This document shows positions 55,382 through 64,000 of a stretch of DNA of 64,000 nucleotides, piece after piece. A program made the translations under genes and the position numbers. Numbering within the stretch: the stretch's first letter is position 1; each line of letters opens with the position of its first letter. Origin of the DNA: Histomonas meleagridis 2922-C6/04-290x (taxonomy: Eukaryota > Protista > Parabasalia); assembly GCA_020184695.1 (NCBI GenBank), contig JAANOX010000008.1, forward strand, positions 222 through 64,221. The letters run 5' to 3'. The notes beneath the pieces are model-generated. The model searched no databases. It was not told where the DNA came from and saw nothing but the letters and a program-made list of their open reading frames with translations.

Positions 55382-57123
55382 ATGTTTAGTATTGAGAATG
55401 CTACGAAAGGAATAAAAACCAATGTTGTTGCTGCTCCTGAAATAATTGATAAAGATGATTTACAAGAAGTTTTAGAAAATTATTCTACAAATGATCAAAT
55501 AACAGAAAAACTTAATAATACTATAACTTCGATTACAATCCCACAATTATATTATAACAAATCACAATCAGATGAAAAATATTCTACAAAAAGTCATACA
55601 CATAATACAATAAATAATGATTTAACAGTAAATGAGAATGTACAAGTTACTTCATTGAATGGTTTTCAATTGTCAACAGCAGAAGGTGGTAAATGAGATA
55701 CAAAATTATATGTACCATCTATTATTACATAAAAGAAGATGGTGTTGTAGAAGTTGGTCAATATATTGATATGCATAATAATACAGATTATGATAAAGAT
55801 AATACATGGCGAATTACTGCTAATACTAATTCATTAGATTTTAAATCAAAAACTGGTTCATTATTAAGTTTTGGTAGTAATGGTAATATTCAATGTTCAA
55901 CTATGAATAATGTAGATACAACAGAAATATCTCGAATTGATCATAATCATGATGAGATTTATGCTAAAAAAGATCATGAGCATACAAAATATGCTACAAC
56001 AAATCATACACATAGTTATAATGACCTAACAGATATTCCTACAGGTTCAAATACAGAAGATATCCATTGTTCAACAATTAATGGTTTTGCTTTAAATTCG
56101 GGACCTTCAGATTCAAATTTAAATATTAGTGTTCTTTCAATTGCAGTTATTAAAAACGATGGTGTTTCAGAAACAGGCCCTTACATAGATATGCATGCTA
56201 GTAATGGGTATGAAAATGATTATAGTAGAAGAATAATAGCATTAGATGATTATCTTGAGTTCAAATTAAAACAAAGAGATGGATTTTTTTATTCATCATC
56301 TTTTGAAGCAATAGGTTGCAATAAAATAGTTTGTAGTGAAATTATGTGCTCTGTAAAAACTAATGGCATTGTTAATACAGGAAATATAAAATCCGATACT
56401 GGACAATTCACTAGTTTAGAATCTACTAAATTAACTTTATTTCACAGTATAATTGAAGAATCAGGTAATACATATCAATTATTATGGAGAATTTATGGAT
56501 GTACACCTACTGCAGATAAAAAATATGGAAGATTATATTTTGAATCTGTAACACAAAAGAAACAAAATGATGGTTCTTATCTTGATACATATAGTGCAAT
56601 ATATCATATCGCAACTACATTTAATACATTTGAAGAAACTGGTGATCTTGCACAAATAAGTACAACTATTATACATAATGCTCCTGTTACATAAGATTTA
56701 ACACAATTTCAAATTGGTTCACCTGTATTTTGTACAGGTAATGTTTTTTCATTATAAGAAAATGACATATATACTTCAAATACATCTACAACAGATTGTA
56801 TACCATCAGTTAAAACATCAGGTACATATATAGAATATTTAGGGATATGTGTAGCTAAACATGAAAATGGTTATAAAGCTTCAATAGGTAATGTTATTAA
56901 AAGAGAAATCGAAATTTTACAAGATACTATTGATTTTGCTACACATGGAGATTTTTATTTTAGAGTAAATAATACTGCAGATTATGAAATTGGTGATGTA
57001 GTATTATTTGATGGTAATAAATTATCAGATGATTAAGTAATTACTACTAAAATTTTAAATTCGATAGTTGGTAAAGTAACAGGTAAAATAGATGAACATT
57101 TATTAAGTATATTTAAAGAATAA
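55382..57123 (+). pseudogene. Phage tail-fibre-like gene (~580 codons; 1 frameshift, 4 in-frame stops)
   Basis: TCATTTT initiator then ATG. Two NGF..IK.DGV.E.G.YIDMH modules, HxH repeats, and a C-terminal TDCIPSVKT..FATHGDF..YEIGD..IVGKVT. The frame runs through the stops to TAA at 57121. Confidence 0.65.
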
Positions 57124-57189
57124 GAAAAAATATTTTATTTCATTTTTATTTTTGATAAAAATCCAATTTATAAAAAAAAGAGAGAAATA

Positions 57190-57720
57190 CGATATTTATT
57201 CGAAACACTAGTTAGAAATGAATTAAAAAATCAAAATTCACAATTAAAAGGTAATTCGAGTCTACAAAATTTTATTAATTTTCTGAATGAAAAATATAAT
57301 AGGAAGATTAGATTTACACCTGAATTTAATACTGGTACAAAGCCATTAGTCGAAACATACAACAATTTAGTTGATTATTATATAGATGTGAGTTTAGAAA
57401 AAACAACAGATGATCAATATTAAAATAAACATTTTAACAATTATGAAGAATATGAATATAATTTTATCAAAAATTTTATCGATCATGAAAAAATTACACC
57501 TATTAATGGAAAAATTGGAGGAAAAACAATCCCAGAGCATTATGAATATTATATTAAAAGGATCATCAAAAAATTGAATGAGATGTTTGCACACGAAGTT
57601 TTTGAAGCTAAAAAAAAGCCTATCAAATTCAATGAATATTGTGAAGAATTACAAAAATATTTATATGGTATTGAAATAATTGATAATAAAATTGGGAACG
57701 TATTTACATTCGATTATGCA
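57190..57720 (+). pseudogene. Unknown disrupted gene within the viral fragment
   Basis: About 175 codons of coding-like sequence (RYLFETLVRNELK...) in one frame, with a single TAA at 57421. Confidence 0.4.
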
Positions 57721-58798
57721 TATAGCAATTATTTGTTACAATATTATGATAAATTTCTCCGTGACAAAATTGTTGACGGAATTTATCTAAACATCCATCT
57801 TTGTTTGATAAATATTCTGAAACAATTTGTTTTGCAGCACTTGTATAATAATTTTCACCTGTATCTGGTCTAATGTAATTCTTTGCATCTTTCTCATCTT
57901 TAATTCCTTGTTTTGTATATAATTTTACGACTTTTGGAATAATAAAATTTCTATAAAAATACCCAGATATAGTAAGTATTGGATTCCTTGCTATGAATTG
58001 TTTAATTATATTTTCACGATCTGTAGGATTAGGATATTTTTGTACCAATTTTTTGTCCAATTTTTCAATATAATCAGAATAAAGTTTCTTAATAACAAAA
58101 CTTGTAAATACTTGATTTGCTGTTCGCCTTCTTGGTTTATGTGTTTGATAAATATTTGGAACAACAGTTGCTCTATAATATTTATCATCGTATGCATCGA
58201 CCTTATTAATAAAATCTGTATTCAATGGATTTACCTCAGGATCATCAAATGGTTTGTCTTAATCATATTCAACCGATCTTACATATTCATTCATCCAATC
58301 TTCAAAATCGAGTAATTTTTCACCATTTGCTCTTCTAATTCTTCTTGTATACGGATTTCCATATTGATTTTGTAAAAATTTGATATATTCTCTTTCATAA
58401 TAATCTTGTGTTTTAACTGTCCATCTATTCACAAGTTTTGCTCTACCATGTTGATCTTTAACTATAATATCTGGAATTCCATCGTGATTAATATCTTTTT
58501 CTATGGCTGCCCAATGGTATTTTTTCTTTTTACCCTTATTACGTTTTTCAACCAAATCATCTGCACCTTTCAGAGTTTGTGCTTCTCTAATTTTTTTAAC
58601 ATCTTTCTTCAAATCAAGTATAAGATGTGCTAAAGTTTCCATATTTTCATCTAATAAAACCCTATTTCCACCAATTTTTTTGTATTTTGATAAATCTTCT
58701 TCAAAATGATACATTTCTTCACCAGGTGTATGTATTTCATATTGAGTAGGACCTACATAAGGTGGTAAATTTCTAGGATTTAACAGCGAGTAAATTAT
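57704..58798 (-). pseudogene. Maverick-type hypothetical gene with a DxNxDGxxD motif, split by one stop
   Basis: ORFs 58259-58714 and 57704-58225 are in the same frame, separated only by TAA at 58259. The frame stays open up to 58798. Contains DINHDGIPDIIV. Confidence 0.6.
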
Positions 58799-58807
58799 TT
58801 AAATCAA

Positions 58808-59227
58808 TTGACAAATTTATCAGAGAGTATTCAACAAATTTACATTGATGAATCAAATTTTACGATTTTGACAAGAAGAAATATGGGAAGATCTAAATTT
58901 GGGAAAAGAGCAGTTCAATCATCATCAATCGATGGATGTAGAAAAATCAAAATTTTAGCAGCTGTTAATCCAAATTATAGTTGGATACATGAAACTGAAA
59001 CAAATAATGTTGATGCAATTCGATTCGAAAAATATTTTAAAAATTTAATTAATGATTTGAAGACGAAATATCCAAATCAAAAATTTGTCTTAATTTTGAA
59101 TAATTATTCAATTCATCGACAATATGAACTACTATAATTATGCCAAGAAGCTCAGTTTATACTTTTATTTCTACCACCATATTCCCCATATCTTAATCCA
59201 ATTGAAAGATGTTTTAGTCAAATCAAA
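58808..59227 (+). mobile_element. Tc1/IS630-type DD34E transposase fragment
   Basis: [35 protein letters not shown]. The second catalytic Asp reads Asn, 34 residues separate it from the Glu, and there is one stop. Confidence 0.85.
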
Positions 59228-60258
59228 GTAGAAATAGGTTCATCAGGATAATTTTGACCTGCAATAGTTAATTGTACATTATTATAAATAGGATTATCGA
59301 AACATGTATAATCATTAGCATGTTTTGGAAATACAACTGTAATAGTTGTAACATTAAATAAAGGCATATTAATAGTAGATTGTATACCAGATTCAGTAGC
59401 AGCTAAAGCAAATGCATTATAATCTAATTGTTGTGAAGGAATTATTAAACCTCCAGGTTGTTGAAGTATTTGAGCTATTTGATTTAAAGTTTCTTCTTTA
59501 ACTCCAAAACCATACATATTAGATTTACATGAAAGTACAGTTAAACCTGTACAATATAAAGAAACATTCTCAGTTGCAGTATCAATAGTATGATTAGTTT
59601 CAGTATCACATTTAAATGTAGTAGTTATATTAGCAGAATTACCAATTTGAGTAAAACCATGAGTAAATAAAGGTAGAATTAGTAAATGTAGCATTAATAG
59701 TAGAATCTTCTAAAAAGTCTTTAACTTCTTTAATTTTAATTGGATCTACTGGACACCAATCTAAACCATTTTGTTTAACATAAAATTTGAATTCAATATC
59801 AGCAACGAACCTATTTAGATATAAATCAAATGCTTGTAAAGCTAATATATCTTCAAATGGAAGATTCATTTCAAATTCGATATCATGTTTATTTCCATCT
59901 GCAGATTGTATGTTTAAATCAACATAAGTACCACTATACAGATTGTGAATATTCTGAAACATTTTCATATATATGTGTATATTTCTCCTAGTTTTCTTTT
60001 CGCATAAGGTTTAATTGTAGAATAACAATAACCTTCACGACAACATTCATTTTGTTGATAACCAGTAGAAATATTATTAGACATAATTTGTAATTGATCT
60101 AATAATTGATTAGAACTCTTAAAACCTATAAATATTTTAACTAAATTTTCTGGATCTGTCAAATTACCAGATGAAATAGCTTTTGATAATTGTACAGTTA
60201 TTCTAAGTTTAAAATTAATAAAACCTTTAAATGTAGCGAAGTTTTATAATGATGTCAT
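59218..60258 (-). pseudogene. Probable Maverick major capsid (double jelly-roll) gene, truncated
   Basis: Three ORF pieces join through frameshifts: IFIGFKSSNQ..REGYCYSTIKP / ENVS..GTYVD..LPFEDILALQAFDLY / [44 protein letters not shown]. Recognised from memory of the trichomonad Maverick capsid family. Confidence 0.6.
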
Positions 60259-60330
60259 TTTATACTTGGAAAATGAATTTTTATTTTTGATAATAATTAA
60301 GAACTACACCCTTAAAAAACAATAGTCAAA

Positions 60331-60517
60331 CAAGCCGAAAGATACCCCTATTGGCCGAAAAAAATACTCATTAAATTAAAATTTTAATTCAAACAAAGAA
60401 AGCTATTCATGTGTAAAATACTACACCCGATAATATTATGTTGGTAATTTACTCACATAAATAGCAGTCGAATTTTTAATTAAAAATTTCAATTTAATGA
60501 GCATTTTTTTCGGCTTG
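60331..60517. repeat. Foldback/MITE-like inverted repeat
   Basis: 60354-60389 (GCCGAAAAAAATACTCATTAAATTAAAATTTTAATT) pairs with 60478-60514 with 2 mismatches and 1 indel. An extra CAAGCCGAAA copy sits at 60331. No TSD was found. Confidence 0.55.
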
Positions 60518-60745
60518 ATTAGATTGAGTCATGTTTTGTTTTAATTTATTAAAGAAAAGCGCATTACATAAATAAAATCAATAAATTTTTACATATATAA
60601 TATATTTTATTCAACCATTCAATGCAAACAATTTTTGCAAATCTTTCGAATAAAGATTCCGTCGGCATTTTTAAAGGTGCAAAAAAACATAAAAATACGA
60701 AAGTGGAATTCCGCTTTTATTATTAATGTGTCTAACAAATACAAC

Positions 60746-63700
60746 TTAATTTATCATATCGGCTATGATATCTCTTTCTTCTCTTTCATTACTTCTAATT
60801 GTTTGGAAATCGAAGCAAATCAACGGTACCAATTCACCCATTGGGTTTTGTTTATGTAATATTTCTACATCTTTTTGCTTCAGCAAATTGAATATTTTCT
60901 CTTTTGCTTCATTTTGCGATTTACAATTGACCAAAAACGTATGTGAGAACACGCATTTACATTGAGCGCTTACCCAAGATACGTAACATTGTTCGAATCC
61001 ATTCACGACTTTATCTTCTGATGAATCACCTTCGTTAAATAACTTCTCTATGTTACTTCTCCATTTATTTCTTTCGAAGTTTGTTGAACTTCCTTTTGGA
61101 ACAATAATTTTTAATAACAACGAACCAAAAGGTGCATATAACATAACTGAATCTGGTGCGTATTCTTTACCGAAGTCCCAAATTATATTTGAAGTTTTAC
61201 ATGAAAATTTCATCTTAAATTTATCAACAGTTTTTTGGACGCCCATTATAATATTATTCTTAAATAAAAATATTTCAATTTTCACCTTATTTAAGAAACT
61301 ATCCATACTTCGACCAAAGAATTCGAAATGTGAAACAGTAAAATTACCATCATTTTGTTCAATCGTTTTAATTCTCCATGTATCAGATTCAAACAAAATG
61401 TTATTAAAATTCTTTTTAGGTTTTGTATAATTTTTTAGTTCAAATTGTCCATGTGTTAATAATATATCTTCGATATTAAATGGAATTATTTCATTTTTAA
61501 TGGTCGTAAAGAATTTGATACTTTGAAGTTCTTTTTGTGATTCGACTATAAGTTTCTTCTCATTAATTATTCGTACAATATATGCAAACTTCGCATGAGC
61601 TTTACGTAAGTTAATTAAATCGGAATGATTTTCTGAGTCGCTTTAATTATCGCTTTTTATTAACTCAGGATAATAAGATAAATTGTTGTGTTGGAACTAT
61701 TAATGCGTCATCAAATGTTAACTCGAATAACCACTTGGCAAATTTAATAATTCTGATAGTAATGGTGTTGCTCGAATGATATTAATAGATTTATCATATG
61801 ATGTAGCAATATGTAAGAAAGGTAAAAAAGCATCTGCAAAATATAATAAAAATGAGCCTAATTCTGTCGATGGTTTTAATGTTTGGAATATCTTCTCAAA
61901 CCTTTGTATAAATAATGTTAACAATCGATACATTTGTTTGACTTCTTCCATATACGTACGGATATATGGATTAGTGCCAAACTTTTCGGAGATTTTTAAT
62001 AGCATACAGAATTGGTACTACGTCTTCTTGCGTAGTTAATAATTCATTACTTGCACTAGCTCTTTTTTCTCAGGCGCTTTTATATATTCAGATATTTCAT
62101 CAGCCATGATGAATTATCGATAATCCATCCGAATTCTTTAATGATGGATCTGCATCCATTTCCATTAATTTACGGACTAATTCTACAACTGTGAAGGGTT
62201 TATCATATTTTGACATATATTACACAAACTAATAAACATACCTGCTTTTATTATATACATTAGGTGAATATCCATTAGATTGATGTTGTTGTAATGTTTT
62301 AATGGTAATCGGTGAATTAAATATCGGCAATTGTTGATATTCAGAGATAATTGATGATTATTTTTTGTGTCTGTTAATTTAGAAGCATATTCTAATGGTG
62401 TTTGATCATCAATGTCTTTCTGTGATAATAAAAAACGTATTTGATCAAGTGGTAAAATGGGCTTTTTATCGCGTGAACTTATAAGTTCTGTTAATGATTG
62501 AACATTATTATATTCTGTACAGATATGAATGATGTTTTGTTTTCGGCAATTTTGCACAAAAAGTTGTGCCTTGTTCTGCATAAAATATTCAAAGTTGGTA
62601 CAAAAGTCATCAGACTTCCGTTTGACAAGTTGCATTAATGGTGTTTCGCCATCATTATTGACAAAATTAATCTGGAAAATTTTAGTGGTATCATTGAACG
62701 ATTTAGTCCATTGGTCGAGTTCGTTAAGGCAGCAAAATGAAGAATACTATTCCCAAATTGATCAACTGAATTAATTAAATCTGGATATTTATCTAATATG
62801 GCTTTTCGTGACTTATCGCTTTTGTGGAAAACTGTAAGATGGAGTAGAGGACGGCCATACTCTTGGATGGATGGATTGACACCATACTCAATTAGACTTT
62901 TTACAACTTCATCTTCTTCTTTTAAAACAGCTGAAATAAGACACCTTTCTGGGTTTGGTTCGAACTCTGCGATTTTGTAGGATTTCATTTTTGTAAGAAT
63001 GACCATTGCTAATTCACTTTTGTTCTCTTCAATCGAGACTTGAAGAAGAGTCTTATGGCCTCTAATCATTAAACCTAATGGATATAAACATTTTGAAAGT
63101 AAACATTCCATCATAAGAGAAGAAAGATGGTTCATCAGATCTTGAGTAATTTTCGACTAATAGTTGCTTCACAAATTTGTTTTGGATTAAGGGCCATAAC
63201 ATATTTAAGCATATCAAGATTTTTGGAAGCTACAGCACATGCAATGATTGTTCTACCTTTGGAATCTAAAGTTTCGAAATTCGGTTGACCGTTAGTACAT
63301 AATTGAGAAAAGGCGTTAACGTCTCCTTTGAGTGCGGCAAAGTGAAATGCGGTGGTTTTTCCAGTGAAAAAGTTGGGTGATGCTCTGCTTTTTCAAGAAG
63401 GGATGTGATAAATTGATATGCTTTCAAGAGATTGCATATAAAAAGAGAGTCATCCTATGAACATCGACGACATCAGCAACAACCTTTTGTGTGTGTGAGT
63501 TTGTGAGAAATGGGCTATTTCCTTCAATGGCTGCTTTGTGAAATTCACATAAAGGCTGTACGATTTACCACCAGTTGATAGCAGCTGGGGGATTTGGTTC
63601 ATAATGTCTGAAATAACACTAGTTTGAGATCTTTTATGAATTGAGGAGCACAAGACCATATAAATACCCACATATCTCTGTGAGGCTGCCATCTCTATTG

Positions 63701-64000
63701 GCGTCTTTTCCAACTTTTTAGATTTTTGATTTAAGATTATATCGACTTTATAATTATTATTTTGAAGGTACAAACTATTTTTAACATTTGGAAATTATCT
63801 GCTGGCCACAATGTAATGTATTGACCAAAGCCTTCTCCGTCATATGAGTTGATATAGTTATGATCAGTGGCTCTTAAAATGATTTTGAATGCTTCAAAAG
63901 TATTATTTGTAAGACATATTTTACCAATTTCAACACAGTTGGTAGAGATATAGTGAATAGAAAGAATAGGTTTGATGGTTCTCTTAGAAAACGTACGTAA
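60746..64000 (-). pseudogene. Disrupted ankyrin-DH-PH gene, paralogous to 36835-40455; 5' end may lie beyond the window
   Basis: Ankyrin fragments at 62183-63950, DH-like LGSFLLYFADAF..ALIVPTQQ..NHSDLINLRKA..IINE, PH-like EIFLFKNNII, and a shared C-terminal block, with many frameshifts and stops. Confidence 0.75.

Larger units (their letters stand above)
55031..60300. mobile_element. Decayed Maverick/Polinton-like endogenous virus fragment (structural module)
   Basis: A cluster of five disrupted, non-housekeeping genes resembling (from memory) the highly repeated trichomonad Maverick proteins. No polB, integrase, ATPase, protease or TIR is visible. Confidence 0.7.

Noticed and set aside
3439-62980. 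Numerous short (60-126 aa) track ORFs overlapping or antisense to long genes
   Set aside because: These are shadow ORFs of real CDSs, mostly with TTG/GTG starts and no motifs.

Overview
AT-rich eukaryotic DNA, most likely a trichomonad/parabasalid protist. This is inferred from long intron-free ORFs, TCA(C/T)T initiator-like motifs just upstream of ATGs, 8 of 13 host genes ending in TAAA (stop codon overlapping the trichomonad UAAA poly(A) signal), a BspA protein with a DFG tail, and Maverick-type genes. Thirteen apparently intact host genes are present: MAN1/Src1-like, PDS5, RalGAP-beta-like, an ARM protein, BspA, GCN5, a Pmp-like surface protein, VPS13, importin-beta, ankyrin-DH-PH, TRAPPC8, HEATR5/Laa1 and HOOK. 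Between them lie a ~120-copy heptamer satellite, a full-length Merlin transposon with TIRs and a perfect 8-bp TSD, a hAT-like MITE, Helitron/PIF1, pogo-like and Tc1 remnants, and a decayed paralogue of the ankyrin-DH-PH gene. The most notable segment is ~55.0-60.3 kb: a decayed Maverick/Polinton-like virus structural module with a probable major capsid gene and a reconstructable ~580-codon gene carrying phage tail-fibre-like motifs. Family assignments come from motif recognition by eye and from memory; no database search was run. Several ORF-track starts use TTG/GTG and were moved to the first ATG.
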